Origin: Candidatus Latescibacterota bacterium
Lineage (GTDB): Bacteria > Latescibacterota > UBA2968
Reading direction: 5' to 3'
Assembly: GCA_965204375.1 (NCBI GenBank)
Contig: OZ241986.1
Span: 1,248,001 to 1,312,000 of the forward strand
Length of the DNA stretch: 64,000 nt
Shown: positions 1 through 9,693 of the stretch, piece by piece
Layout: every line of letters begins with the position of its first letter
Numbering within the stretch: position 1 is the stretch's first letter
Position numbers and translations under genes: made by a program
Notes under the pieces: model-generated
What the model saw: the letters and a program-made list of their open reading frames with translations, nothing else
What the model was told of the DNA's origin: nothing
Databases searched by the model: none

Positions 1-634
1 TTTGGCGCGCGAGCGCAGCGAATTGCCCATTTGGATGGTGATCGAGAAAGAGAGTCAGGTATTTGTTGCCTTTTTCGAGATCGCCGAGTTTGATGTGCCA
101 GTGCGCTTTGCCAAAGGCAATGGCTTCGTCAATAATGGTGCGATTAAAGTCTGTTTTCAAATTTTCGGCCTCGCTATCAGGCAGTTTTTCGCTGCCCGAT
201 AGTTGGCCCAGACGGTCGGCTGCACGCGCTTTGGTACGTATGTCGGCGCGACTGGTGATTACGCGCGCATATTGTGTGGCAGCGTTGTAAATCTGGTGTT
301 GGTGAAAATAGCAGTCGCCAATGATCAGGTCGGTTTCAGAGATGTATCGGCTGCGCGGGTAGTGGTGTTGAAGCGCGATGGCTTCGTTCAGAGCCTGATC
401 GTATGCTTTCAGTTTGTAATGCGATTTTGCCAGCATGAATTGCGCGGCAGAGGTGCGCTGATTGGGGGGGTGTTGTTCGACGAGTTCGATAAACCCATCC
501 CGGGCGTCTGATAAATTGTCTTGATTGTAATGAGCAAGTGCGCGTTGGAAGAGGGTTTCCGCTTTCTGGCTGAATATCTCACCCGATATCTGGGTAGAAA
601 AGAGGAAAAATAAGAGTATGGATAATGTTTTCAT
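1..634 (-). CDS. Exported TPR-repeat protein (partial, runs off window start)
   Basis: Hand translation from ATG 634: MKTLSILLFFLFSTQISG (signal-like), then TPR-like helices (AETLFQRALAHYNQDNLSDARDGF...AQFMLAKSHYKLKAYDQAL...YPRSRY). Open to position 1; ATGA overlap with the upstream gene stop. Not in the ORF track. Confidence 0.75.
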   Translation of the reverse strand, partial: MKTLSILLFFLFSTQISGEIFSQKAETLFQRALAHYNQDNLSDARDGFIELVEQHPPNQRTSAAQFMLAKSHYKLKAYDQALNEAIALQHHYPRSRYISETDLIIGDCYFHQHQIYNAATQYARVITSRADIRTKARAADRLGQLSGSEKLPDSEAENLKTDFNRTIIDEAIAFGKAHWHIKLGDLEKGNKYLTLFLDHHPNGQFAALARQ

Positions 635-1119
635 TGAACAAAGTTGATAAAATCTTCTGGATGCAATTTTTGAAGTCTCTGCTGAAGGAGCCCGGGGGGA
701 TGGTTTTTGGATAGTTCGACACTTTTTTTTATGACTTTTTCGTCAATGTAGATTGGCGCATCAAATTTGAGTGCCATCAAGATGGCGTCGCTGGGGCGCG
801 CGTCGAGTTCCAATGGCGTTACAGGGGAGGTGAGATGCAATTGCGCGCGATAGACGTGGTCTATAATGTCCGTGATGAGCGCGTGTTGAACGCTGGCTTG
901 CAGGTTTTGAATAACCGTTTTGATCAGGTCGTGTGCAAATGGACGCGGCGGTTTGAAATTTTCGCCTGCAATCTGAAGGGCAAGCGAGAACATTTCGCCT
1001 ATTTGAATCCATATTGGCACGCGGTGGTCGCCGTCTTTTTGTTTGAGCATAACAACCGGCTCTTCGAATTGGCGGTCGATAAATATGCCTTCGATTTGGG
1101 CTTCATAGACCATGGGCAC
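631..1119 (-). CDS. Bifunctional nuclease family protein (DUF151)
   Basis: PVVMLK...PIWI, PPRPFAHDL and LDARPSDAI motifs. Confidence 0.9.
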   Translation of the reverse strand: MPMVYEAQIEGIFIDRQFEEPVVMLKQKDGDHRVPIWIQIGEMFSLALQIAGENFKPPRPFAHDLIKTVIQNLQASVQHALITDIIDHVYRAQLHLTSPVTPLELDARPSDAILMALKFDAPIYIDEKVIKKSVELSKNHPPGLLQQRLQKLHPEDFINFVQ

Positions 1120-1210
1120 GACCTCCGTTGGTTTCGTGAAATATAAAGGAGGGCAATGGAAGGGTCAAGCGATCATAAGATATTGAGGATGGTGTGATTT
1201 TCAGACATTT

Positions 1211-1657
1211 TTAGATCTCAACGGTTTTAGGAGGGGATTGTGGATGCCCTTTGCGCCATTGGTCAATTTTTTGTGCGTCTAATTCTGTCAAGACAATATG
1301 CCCTTTCGCGCTGTTTTGGAGGCCAACTCCAATACCTGCTTTTGTCATGGATTTGATGATTCTTTGAATGGTGCGAGGGGAGACATTCCAGGATTTTGCC
1401 AGGCTCGATACGGTGAACATTTTCGAAGTCTGTCCGGCAATAATATTTTCTGGATTCTGTGTGATGTCTGACAAATTTACGGCCTGAGTAGCCGCATCTA
1501 TTGTGATAGATACGAGTCGCCCCTGATCGTCGTAGGAGAAGAGAATATTGTCATGCTCACCATCAACACCGGCATTTTCTGTTTTGGATACGAGGCCATG
1601 AGCCAGCGTAATTTCCAGGGTATCTGAATCGGGGAAATACATAAATGACTCTTTCAT
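1211..1657 (-). CDS. DUF2283-family antitoxin-like domain fused to a C-terminal HTH
   Basis: N-half YFPDSDTLEI...YDDQGRLVSITI is DUF2283-like; C-half FTVSSLAKSWNVSPRTIQRII is HTH-like; lies 3 bp downstream of a toxin-like gene. Confidence 0.7.
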   Translation of the reverse strand: MKESFMYFPDSDTLEITLAHGLVSKTENAGVDGEHDNILFSYDDQGRLVSITIDAATQAVNLSDITQNPENIIAGQTSKMFTVSSLAKSWNVSPRTIQRIIKSMTKAGIGVGLQNSAKGHIVLTELDAQKIDQWRKGHPQSPPKTVEI

Positions 1658-1660
1658 GAT

Positions 1661-1906
1661 TCACTCCTTTTTATACCTGCTATCTGGAAAGGCGTTCAAG
1701 ACGGTTCTTCCGTCAGAAAGAAAGACAATTCGAAAATATTTTTTAGCATCGGCAATATAAACCCATCGGCGAATGCGTCCTGAAGATTCTACTGTGTAAC
1801 CTTCCATATTTCCACTGTCAACCGCATCGATAATTGCACGCAAATTTCTCAGTGTTTCAGGATGTTTTTCGAGAAGAACGGTAACAAAATAATTCGTGAC
1901 GTTCAT
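1661..1906 (-). CDS. Small RelE/DUF4258-like toxin partnered with DUF2283
   Basis: 81 aa; GRIRRW...YFRIVFLSDGRTVLNAFPD is typical of the toxin-like genes that precede DUF2283. Confidence 0.65.
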   Translation of the reverse strand: MNVTNYFVTVLLEKHPETLRNLRAIIDAVDSGNMEGYTVESSGRIRRWVYIADAKKYFRIVFLSDGRTVLNAFPDSRYKKE

Positions 1907-2133
1907 GCTCTGTTCTTTACAGAAAAGTTACGCAATTATGAAAATTATGACAACTATAGATAGGATGTTCGCAGTCGAGATTTTCAGGATATATGAGTTG
2001 ATTATTAAAGACTTCGTAACCCAATTTATGCAGATGTTCTATGACATTTTCCCTTATTTGTTTTTTACATCCATCCATTTTTTGTAAAACCTTTTTTACA
2101 AATTTATGGATTTTATATCTCTGAAGAACAGGT

Positions 2134-2778
2134 CTATTCCAAAACGAGTGAGACGGCGAGCCAGCCGCCTACGGGAATGATGTTGGAGATGAGTTTTGGG
2201 TGATCGGCAACGCGGCGGTTGTAGTCCTGTATGCCGCGGCGACCATCGCCTTCGGACAGGGCGCGGTGTGCGTGCCCGTGTCCATTGGCATTGTCGGCGA
2301 TGATGAGGCCGCCCGGGCGCGTGTTTTCAAGGGCAAAGTCTAGGTATTTGGGATAGCTTTCTTTGTCTGCGTCGATGAAGATAAGGTCAAAAGGTCCGTC
2401 TTCCACTGCGTCTTTCATGAGTTTTGTGCCGTCGCCTAATCGCACGTCTGTTCGGTCGGATAGTCCGGCTTTTTCGTAGTTGCGCCGCGTGACCTCGGCG
2501 TGTTTGGGGTCAATTTCGAGGGTGATGAATTGCCCGTCTTCAGGCAGTGCACGGGCGAGCCAGATCCCCGAATAACCAGCGAGCGCGCCAAATTCGAGGA
2601 TTTTTTTAGCGCCGATTGTTTTTGCGAGCAAATACAGGGTTTGTCCGGCTTCGGGGCTGACTGAGATTCGCGGAATCCCCTGTTCGGCAGCGTCGGGCAT
2701 GATGTTTTTGAGCAAGTCGTCTTCGCGGGCGAAGACTTCCCGTTTGTATGTGTCGAGATCGGGATAGGTTTGTTGCAT
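2134..2778 (-). CDS. Class I SAM-dependent O-methyltransferase (caffeoyl-CoA/YrrM type)
   Basis: ILEFGALAGYSGIW, FDLIFIDADKESY, GGLIIADN; start moved to ATG 2778 (AAGGA RBS). Confidence 0.9.
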   Translation of the reverse strand: MQQTYPDLDTYKREVFAREDDLLKNIMPDAAEQGIPRISVSPEAGQTLYLLAKTIGAKKILEFGALAGYSGIWLARALPEDGQFITLEIDPKHAEVTRRNYEKAGLSDRTDVRLGDGTKLMKDAVEDGPFDLIFIDADKESYPKYLDFALENTRPGGLIIADNANGHGHAHRALSEGDGRRGIQDYNRRVADHPKLISNIIPVGGWLAVSLVLE

Positions 2779-2796
2779 TGGGTTATCCTTTAAAGG

Positions 2797-2860
2797 TGAG
2801 ATGTGAGACGAAAGAGGAGAGTACACCACCGAACACACCAGCCCCCAGTCCCCAGCCTCT
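2797..2860. repeat. Degenerate heptamer tracts in intergenic spacer
   Basis: GTGAGAT-GTGAGAC and CCAGCCC-CCAGTCC-CCAGCCT. Confidence 0.4.
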
Positions 2861-2866
2861 TGTTTT

Positions 2867-3910
2867 TTAGAATGTGACTCTTATGCCTTCTTTTGCCGAT
2901 TGATACGCGCCGAGGATCATTTCAACGGAGACGCGCCCCTCTTCGGGGGAGACGCGCTCGTCACTCAGGCCGCGGATATAGTTGATGAATGGGCGGGGTA
3001 TAGCGGCGATGCGCTCGCCCTGCCCTTTGGGGATGTCCATTTTGTATTCGGTCCAGCGGTCGTCACCGCGACGGATGTATTTGAGTGGGACGGCGTCTTC
3101 TGATCGCGGCGCAGAGGTGGAGGGCGCGTCGCCGTAGTCCTGGATGATGGTTCCTTCGTCGCCGTAGATTTCAGTGGTGTTGACGCCTGCGGCAGTGGTG
3201 GAGCCATTGAACAATATGCCCATCATGCCGGTTGCAAAACGGAAGATGGAGACGCCGTTATCATCAGGCGCTGTATCTGTTACGATGTTGTCGATTTCGG
3301 CCATTACTGAGGCGGGGCGGCCAAAGATCCAGTAGAACCAGTCGGCGGCATGGGTGGCGTCGTCGAAGTACATTCCAATATTGGCAATGGGGTCGAGGTG
3401 CCATCTGGACGCGCCAGTGACAAAGTGGGGATTGAGCAGAACGGGGATGCAATGTCTTCGGCGAACAACTGCGATATTCCCGACGATGCCCTTGTCAACG
3501 AGTTCCTTAATTTTTCGGTTGACGGGATCCTGCCGCATCTGAAAGGCCATGCTGAATTTGACACCCGATTTATTTACGGCTTCGATGATGCGGTCGCAAT
3601 CTTCAAGGGTGGTGGCCATGGGTTTTTGCAGCAGGATGTTTTTACCCGCCTGAGCGGCCATGAGCGCGTATTCTGCGTGGCGATTGGTTTCTATGCCGAT
3701 CATGACGGTGTCGATGTTTGGGTCGCCGAGTACGGCGTCTGCTGATGCGCGAAATTCCATGTCGAATTTTTCAGCGTTTTCGCGTCCTCGGTCTTTGTTG
3801 TCGTCCCATGTGGCGATGAGTTCGACATCTTCAAAATGCTGCATTTGACCGCAATATGTGTTGATGTGTCCGTGTGCGTGGCTGATGACGCCAATGTGAA
3901 CTTTGTCCAT
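2867..3910 (-). CDS. Gfo/Idh/MocA family oxidoreductase
   Basis: Rossmann N-terminus; GKNILLQKPMA; DATHAAD. Confidence 0.9.
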   Translation of the reverse strand: MDKVHIGVISHAHGHINTYCGQMQHFEDVELIATWDDNKDRGRENAEKFDMEFRASADAVLGDPNIDTVMIGIETNRHAEYALMAAQAGKNILLQKPMATTLEDCDRIIEAVNKSGVKFSMAFQMRQDPVNRKIKELVDKGIVGNIAVVRRRHCIPVLLNPHFVTGASRWHLDPIANIGMYFDDATHAADWFYWIFGRPASVMAEIDNIVTDTAPDDNGVSIFRFATGMMGILFNGSTTAAGVNTTEIYGDEGTIIQDYGDAPSTSAPRSEDAVPLKYIRRGDDRWTEYKMDIPKGQGERIAAIPRPFINYIRGLSDERVSPEEGRVSVEMILGAYQSAKEGIRVTF

Positions 3911-3918
3911 AAATGCCC

Positions 3919-4911
3919 CTATTTTACGTAAACTACGGTTTCGGTATCGAGCGATTCAATGGCTGCTGCAATGACTTTTTGCGCGGCGAGTCCTTCTTCG
4001 CCCGAGCCGTCGATGTCTTCGGGTGCAACCCCGTCACTGACCTGGCGGAGAAATGTGCCGATGCGGTCGCGAAAGGTGTCGATAAAGTCTCCAAATCCCC
4101 CAAAGGCAGGGTCTGTGTACACGGTTTTTTCGAGGTTGCCCGCCGGGTAGAGGGTGAGTTCGTGCCACATGTCTTCGAGGACGAACCGGCCGCCTGTGCC
4201 GGCAACTTCACAGCGTTCCATAGGGTGCCCGCGCTCGATGTCGTAACTGCCCGTGAGTGAGCCGACCACGCCGTTTTTAAAACGCATGTTAAACTGCGCG
4301 GTGGACCATATTTGACGCCCGGGTGCTTTGGTGGCAAAACATTGAACCGCTTCTATATCGCCGCAGAAATAGCGCATGACGTCAATGGTGTGTGGGTGAA
4401 GTGCTTTGAGGTGATAATACGGCGAGCTTTCCGCCGGGTTCATGATCCACATTGCCATATTGATAAAAAGCAGATGGCCCAGGTGCCCTTCATCAACCCA
4501 TTTTTTTGCAAGGCGAGCAGCAGGAGTAAAGCGGTGGTTGAGGTCAATGCCGTAGCAGACGCCCATTTCTTTTGCTTTGGTGACCATTTCTTCGCCGTGG
4601 GAAATATTATTTGAGATGGGTTTTTCGCCCAGGACGTGACAGCCAGCTTCGATGGCTTGCATGGTGGGCGCGTAGTGATCACTGCTGTATTCATAGCCGC
4701 CCGTGGCTACGCTTACCACATCGGGTTTGAGTTCTTCAAGCATTTTTGGAACGTTATAAAAAGCGGTGACACCCAGGCGTTGTGCGGCCGCGTTGGCGCG
4801 GGTTTCGTCGATGTCGCATACGCCCACGAGATCGGATAGTGGGTTTTCTACATAAATATCAGCGTGCCGGTTGCCAATTGGTCCCAGCCCGATGACACAT
4901 ACACGTAGCAT
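3919..4911 (-). CDS. Gfo/Idh/MocA family oxidoreductase
   Basis: VIGLGPIG, HVLGEKP, HPHTID; start ATG 4911 after GGAGA. Confidence 0.9.
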   Translation of the reverse strand: MLRVCVIGLGPIGNRHADIYVENPLSDLVGVCDIDETRANAAAQRLGVTAFYNVPKMLEELKPDVVSVATGGYEYSSDHYAPTMQAIEAGCHVLGEKPISNNISHGEEMVTKAKEMGVCYGIDLNHRFTPAARLAKKWVDEGHLGHLLFINMAMWIMNPAESSPYYHLKALHPHTIDVMRYFCGDIEAVQCFATKAPGRQIWSTAQFNMRFKNGVVGSLTGSYDIERGHPMERCEVAGTGGRFVLEDMWHELTLYPAGNLEKTVYTDPAFGGFGDFIDTFRDRIGTFLRQVSDGVAPEDIDGSGEEGLAAQKVIAAAIESLDTETVVYVK

Positions 4912-5145
4912 AAGGAAGGATCTCCATATTTTGGATTTGGTGCTCAATCGTCCAGTGTTTTGTCTTTTTATTTAAGCATAAATTATTTTTCGTCAAGATG
5001 TTTGCGAGGCGGGTACAATTTTAGTAGAAGTGTAATTTCTGGCCTGCAATAGGGTATTTTTCCTTGCCAAGTGTGTTTGAATCCGCTAAATTACGGCGTC
5101 CTGTTTTTCGAAATTTAACGGAGTTGATCATTTCTACAAAATGCT

Positions 5146-5526
5146 ATGAAGCGCGAAAGAATACATTATAACACGGTGCGCGAGATTTGTTTTTCGCCAG
5201 AAGATATCGCTCGTCTTTCCGATAATTTACAGAAAAACGGTGCGCCGTGTCATATCAGTCATTTAATGCCCGGCGAGGCAGATCCCGTGCGTTTGGCTCA
5301 GGTTAAAGACGTTATTGAGACGGTGCTGACGGGGCGTAAGTACGAGGTTTTGTTGCTGCGCTCGCAGGGTAAGACTTTTACAGAAATCGCGTTGCTTTTA
5401 GAGATCTCAAAAAGTGCAGTACAAAGTCACTACCGCATCGCTATAAGACGGGTGCAACGCGCTCTGGGTATAGAACCCGGGCAAAAGGTCAAACCTCCAT
5501 CACCAGCGAAGTATTCTATGGTCTAA
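5146..5526 (+). CDS. Small sigma70 region-4/LuxR-type HTH protein
   Basis: LTGRKYEVLLLRSQGKTFTEIALLLEISKSAVQSHYRIAIRRV. Confidence 0.75.
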   Translation: MKRERIHYNTVREICFSPEDIARLSDNLQKNGAPCHISHLMPGEADPVRLAQVKDVIETVLTGRKYEVLLLRSQGKTFTEIALLLEISKSAVQSHYRIAIRRVQRALGIEPGQKVKPPSPAKYSMV

Positions 5527-5551
5527 CTTTTCTCTCTGCTGTTTTGTCAAT

Positions 5552-5585
5552 CAGGTTCCGCTTTGTGCGCGACCTGTTTTTTTTT
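5552..5585 (+). terminator. Probable intrinsic terminator
   Basis: Imperfect hairpin CAGGTTCCGC..GCGCGACCTG followed by 9 T. Confidence 0.5.
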
Positions 5586-5696
5586 GCTCCAAGCTCCAGT
5601 CCCTCGCCTTTTTCTTGTCTTTGTCCCATTCCTTTGTATCTTTGGTGGTCATTAAAGTTGTAAATCGCGTTTTTTCATTTTTCAAAGGAGTTTTCC

Positions 5697-6074
5697 ATGG
5701 CTGTATTTCTTCATACGCGCGTTCGCGTGAGCGATTTGGATAAGTCGATCCAGTATTATTGCGATCACTTTGGTTTTGTGGTGAAGAGTCGTTCGGAAAA
5801 GTCGCCAGCGGGCAATCAGATCTGCCATCTGGAATTGCCGGGCAACGAGCATACGCTGGAGTTGACGTATTCTGATGATTACGAGTTGAATGTGCCCGAA
5901 GATCTGATGCATTTCGCGATCGGCGTGCCCGATTTGATTGCCTTTTGCGATGAACTGGAGAAAAAAGGACTCGATATTTGGCCCGGCGATTGGCGAGAGA
6001 CGTTCCCCACGGGTCGCAAAATGGCGTTTGTCGATGATCCCGATGGGTATGAAATTGAGTTGTTGGAGAGGTAA
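5697..6074 (+). CDS. VOC/glyoxalase (lactoylglutathione lyase-like) protein
   Basis: FLHTRVRVSDLDKS, LELTY, HFAIGV, FVDDPDGYEIELL. Confidence 0.9.
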   Translation: MAVFLHTRVRVSDLDKSIQYYCDHFGFVVKSRSEKSPAGNQICHLELPGNEHTLELTYSDDYELNVPEDLMHFAIGVPDLIAFCDELEKKGLDIWPGDWRETFPTGRKMAFVDDPDGYEIELLER

Positions 6075-6077
6075 GAA

Positions 6078-6115
6078 TTAAGGGATCGCCTGACTGAAAT
6101 AAGACGGTCCCTTAA
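6078..6115. terminator. Inverted repeat after the VOC gene, at the left edge of the defence island
   Basis: TTAAGGGATCG ... CGGTCCCTTAA. Confidence 0.45.
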
Positions 6116-6145
6116 GTTATTTTAGGCTCGGTAGGGGGGAATGCT

Positions 6146-6397
6146 ATGGTAACGGTCACTTTTAAACTGCCAGAAGATGTGCTTTCGTCTGTGCGTAAAG
6201 ACCCCGATCATTTCGCTCAGGAATTGCGTTTGGCTGCTGCGGTGAAATGGTACGAAATGGGGGAGGTTTCCCAAAGCAGGGCGGCTGAGATTGCGGGACT
6301 ATCCCGCAGTGAGTTCATAGAGGCATTAGGCCGATTTGAGGTTTCAGTATTCCAATACAGCGTGGATGAAATCTCAGAAGAAGTAAACCGTGAGTGA
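6146..6397 (+). CDS. UPF0175 family antitoxin
   Basis: ELRLAAAVKWYEMGEVSQSRAAEIAGLSRSEF. Confidence 0.88.
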   Translation: MVTVTFKLPEDVLSSVRKDPDHFAQELRLAAAVKWYEMGEVSQSRAAEIAGLSRSEFIEALGRFEVSVFQYSVDEISEEVNRE

Positions 6398-6455
6398 AGG
6401 GTGGGTACTCAATGCCTCGCCGATCATTACCCTTGCCAAAGTTGGTCTTCTTTAG
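6390..6455 (+). pseudogene. N-terminal stub (21 codons) of a DUF3368 PIN-domain toxin
   Basis: GTG start overlapping the antitoxin stop; MSEGWVLNASPIITLAKVGLL* matches the NASP-I-LAK-G start of DUF3368 proteins, the usual UPF0175 partner. Confidence 0.75.
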
Positions 6456-6467
6456 AGGGACGGAGCG

Positions 6468-8360
6468 ATGAATGATGTGGAAAGATTGCAGAAAGCCTGC
6501 AACGCAGTGAAAGACGATCCAGAAAGGCATGAGAGGATAAGTGAACTGTTAGAGTATGTTGATAAGGCCGACTTGAATAAAAGAAAAAGCGAGAGATTTC
6601 ACAGTCGCATTTGGGGTAAAACCATTTCAGGTGTAGGTCGGAGGGGGGATGTCAATGTTGAACCAGCCATTAGCGATACGCTGTTGCGTTCGTGGCTGGC
6701 AGAGGAATCTTTTGAGGTTAATTTACTCTATGGTAGTAGTGAGGAGGAGCAACTCAATGCCATAGAAGAATTTCACAATGATCTGCTTGAGCGTGTTACG
6801 CAGTTAGGCGTAAGCCCCCATCCGTGGGCGATGGTAACTCGGCTATCAGCAGCCCTGTTTCCCTGTTATTTTACAACATTAGTTTCGGAGTCCAAACTCA
6901 ACGAATTTATCACAAAATTCAACAAATATTTCCCTACTATGCAAATCGATCCTCGTGGCTCAGTTCCTCGGAAGCATCGGCAAATTCTCGACAATCTGGC
7001 TACGGCTTTGGGTCCAGTATCTGATGATGACTTCGAACAGTTGGCTTGCCGGATGAATTTACCCTTCAGGCTAATAGAGCTAATAGAGTTAATAGAGTTA
7101 ATGGAATGGGGTAAACTGACGCCAGAGTCGGAATCTATCCCGCAGAACATCATTCTCTATGGCCCGCCTGGCACTGGCAAGACCTATAGCACAACGCAAA
7201 AGGCACTTGAGTTAATTTTGGGTAAAGATAAAATCAAAAATCTTAAGTCAGATGAGATCAAATCCCGATCTCGAGAATATATAAAAAAAGGACAAATCGA
7301 GTTCGTCACGTTCCATCAGTCCTACGGTTACGAGGAGTTCGTTGAGGGATTGCGCCCAGTCCTCAATGAGGACGAAGGCAGTGATGTTCGCTACCAGCTA
7401 CATGATGGTGTCTTTAAGCGAATTGCTCTGCGTGCTGCCGCCGAGGGATTGACCAAATCTGAGGATTCTTATATAGATAATGCCGTGCAGGAAGTCTTGG
7501 ATAAGGGCACATCATTCTCATTTTCGACGGAAACCCCGCAATACGTGCTCATCATTGACGAGATTAACCGAGGCAATATCAGCAAGGTTCTCGGTGAACT
7601 AATTACTTTGCTCGAACCGGACAAGCGGCTTGGGGCTGATAACGAGTTGATATTGCGGCTTCCATACTCGCCAGCGCATCGTTTTGGCGTTCCGCCGAAT
7701 CTGCACATCCTCGGCACGATGAACACGGCTGATCGCTCGATAGCTCTGATGGACGTGGCGTTGAGAAGGCGTTTCACATTTGAAGAGCGAATGCCAGATG
7801 CGACTGTTCTCAAGAATGAACTGACTTGCAAATTGCGGGATAACGAACCCCTCGTCACGTTAATTGTTGACCTGTTCAATACCTTAAATGAAAGAATCCG
7901 ATTCCTATATGATCAAGATCATCAACTCGGACATTCCTATTTCCTAAATGTGAACAGTTTGGCGGACCTGCGCCGCGTCTTTGTTGACCGGATAATTCCT
8001 CTCCTACAGGAGTATTTCTACGGGGACTGGTACAAGATATGCACTGTTCTCGGCTGTCCTTACGACGAGGATGGTGAAAAAAGGTCAAACAACGATCATC
8101 CGATTGTGGAAGCCGAGAAGTTTGGAGAAGTGGACACGCCCGGATTTGATCAGGATGATTACGAAGATCGGGTGGATTTTACGATCTCAGCAAATTTCTT
8201 GGGAGACACAATGACTGACGAGGACCTTGGCCGTACATTTCTCGGAGTGTTACCTGACAAATTTGACAAATCTGACGACCGCCTTGCAGGTTTGATAGGC
8301 AATGGACCCTCGTCGGATGAGGAAGAAGGCGGTGAGGACGAGTCAGAGGACAATCAGTGA
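6468..8360 (+). CDS. mcrB: McrB-family AAA+ GTPase (type IV restriction)
   Basis: GPPGTGKT, FVTFHQSYGYEEFVEG, DEINRGN, MNTADRS, LRRRF, GHSYF. Confidence 0.93.
   Translation: MNDVERLQKACNAVKDDPERHERISELLEYVDKADLNKRKSERFHSRIWGKTISGVGRRGDVNVEPAISDTLLRSWLAEESFEVNLLYGSSEEEQLNAIEEFHNDLLERVTQLGVSPHPWAMVTRLSAALFPCYFTTLVSESKLNEFITKFNKYFPTMQIDPRGSVPRKHRQILDNLATALGPVSDDDFEQLACRMNLPFRLIELIELIELMEWGKLTPESESIPQNIILYGPPGTGKTYSTTQKALELILGKDKIKNLKSDEIKSRSREYIKKGQIEFVTFHQSYGYEEFVEGLRPVLNEDEGSDVRYQLHDGVFKRIALRAAAEGLTKSEDSYIDNAVQEVLDKGTSFSFSTETPQYVLIIDEINRGNISKVLGELITLLEPDKRLGADNELILRLPYSPAHRFGVPPNLHILGTMNTADRSIALMDVALRRRFTFEERMPDATVLKNELTCKLRDNEPLVTLIVDLFNTLNERIRFLYDQDHQLGHSYFLNVNSLADLRRVFVDRIIPLLQEYFYGDWYKICTVLGCPYDEDGEKRSNNDHPIVEAEKFGEVDTPGFDQDDYEDRVDFTISANFLGDTMTDEDLGRTFLGVLPDKFDKSDDRLAGLIGNGPSSDEEEGGEDESEDNQ
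7071..7106 (+). repeat. In-frame 9-bp tandem repeat within mcrB
   Basis: CTAATAGAG CTAATAGAG TTAATAGAG TTAATGGAA = LIE-LIE-LIE-LME. Confidence 0.85.
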
Positions 8361-9679
8361 AACGTATCGTCGTCCAAGAGCATACGAAAATCGTCCGATG
8401 GGACGGAGAAGGTACACTCCCATTTTTTTCAGACATTAAATGGCTTGAACAGCGTCTCTATGATCGGCTCAAGCGATTCGATCAACGCGGACGTGCCGAG
8501 AAAGACCGCGTGTTTTCGTGGGGCGACCGCAGTGCCCGAACAACTCAGTGGGTCGGTGTTATCCAGGTACCAGGCTTGCAAGTCGAAATACTTCCCAAGA
8601 TAGACGAGGCAGACTTCAACGGGAAGGATGAGAAACAAATTCAGGCGCGTAGCAATTTGCTCTACATGCTCTCTGTCGCCGGGCAAGTGCCGGTACGGGA
8701 ACGCGACGTTGCACGCTTAGCCAGTCGCAAGGCATCGCTCTCTGAGACTCTTGCGGCCATCTTCGCGGATCGGCTCCGCCGTGAATTGCTACGCGGCCCT
8801 GAGCGAGCCTATATACGTCGGGAGGAAAATCTTCGACGGTTCAAGGGCAAACTACTGATCGCCCAACAGGTGCGCCGCAACGCAGCGCATCGCGAGCGTT
8901 TCTACTGTCGGTTTGAAGAGTTTTCCGAAGACACGTTGATGAACCGTATCTTTCGCGCCGCGTGCCGAGTCCTGCTTAACGCCACGCACACCCCATCGAC
9001 GCAGGACAGGTTGCGGCATTGCCTACTTTTGCTTGATGGCGTTGAGGATGTGTTTGTCCAAGACGAGTTGTTTGACCAGATAACCATTACGCGACAGAAC
9101 GAGCGTTTCGCCGATGTGCTTCACTTCTGCCGACTGATTTTGCAGGGACTTTCCCCTACGGTTCAAGCGGGAAGAGAACGCAGCTTTTCACTACTGTTTG
9201 ACATGAACCGCGTCTTTGAAGACTTTGTGACAGCGTTTCTCAAAAAACAGGTGATACCCCACTTGGATGGATACCGTCTTTATCCTCAGGCTAAAAGCCA
9301 ACGGCGACATTTAATGAGAGATAGGGGCCGAGGTGTGCTACTGCTACAGCCCGATATCCTAATTACATCGAATGACCGGCATTTGGTCTTGGATACCAAA
9401 TGGAAACAATTCTCGAGCACGGTTGGAAGCGACGATCTGTACCAGCTCTACGCTTACACAAAACGTTATGAGTGTCGGCGTAGCGTTCTCCTCTACCCTC
9501 AAGTTTCTGAGGCTAAGTGTCTCGACTTCGATATTATTATGGGTACCGATGGGGCTAAAACCGGCGAACAGGTTGGTGTACGGTTTGTCAATCTCCGCCG
9601 CGACCTGCATAATAAACGCTCAGATAGAGATGCGCTTGCTTGTGAGCTCAAGCATATCGTGCAAGAGGGATTCCCTTAA
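8357..9679 (+). CDS. mcrC: McrC-family PD-(D/E)xK nuclease subunit
   Basis: VEILPKI, LFDMNRVFEDFV, LQPDI...LDTKWK, DLYQLYAY; GTGA overlap with mcrB. Confidence 0.92.
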   Translation: MKRIVVQEHTKIVRWDGEGTLPFFSDIKWLEQRLYDRLKRFDQRGRAEKDRVFSWGDRSARTTQWVGVIQVPGLQVEILPKIDEADFNGKDEKQIQARSNLLYMLSVAGQVPVRERDVARLASRKASLSETLAAIFADRLRRELLRGPERAYIRREENLRRFKGKLLIAQQVRRNAAHRERFYCRFEEFSEDTLMNRIFRAACRVLLNATHTPSTQDRLRHCLLLLDGVEDVFVQDELFDQITITRQNERFADVLHFCRLILQGLSPTVQAGRERSFSLLFDMNRVFEDFVTAFLKKQVIPHLDGYRLYPQAKSQRRHLMRDRGRGVLLLQPDILITSNDRHLVLDTKWKQFSSTVGSDDLYQLYAYTKRYECRRSVLLYPQVSEAKCLDFDIIMGTDGAKTGEQVGVRFVNLRRDLHNKRSDRDALACELKHIVQEGFP

Positions 9680-9693
9680 GAAGACGGGAGTTC

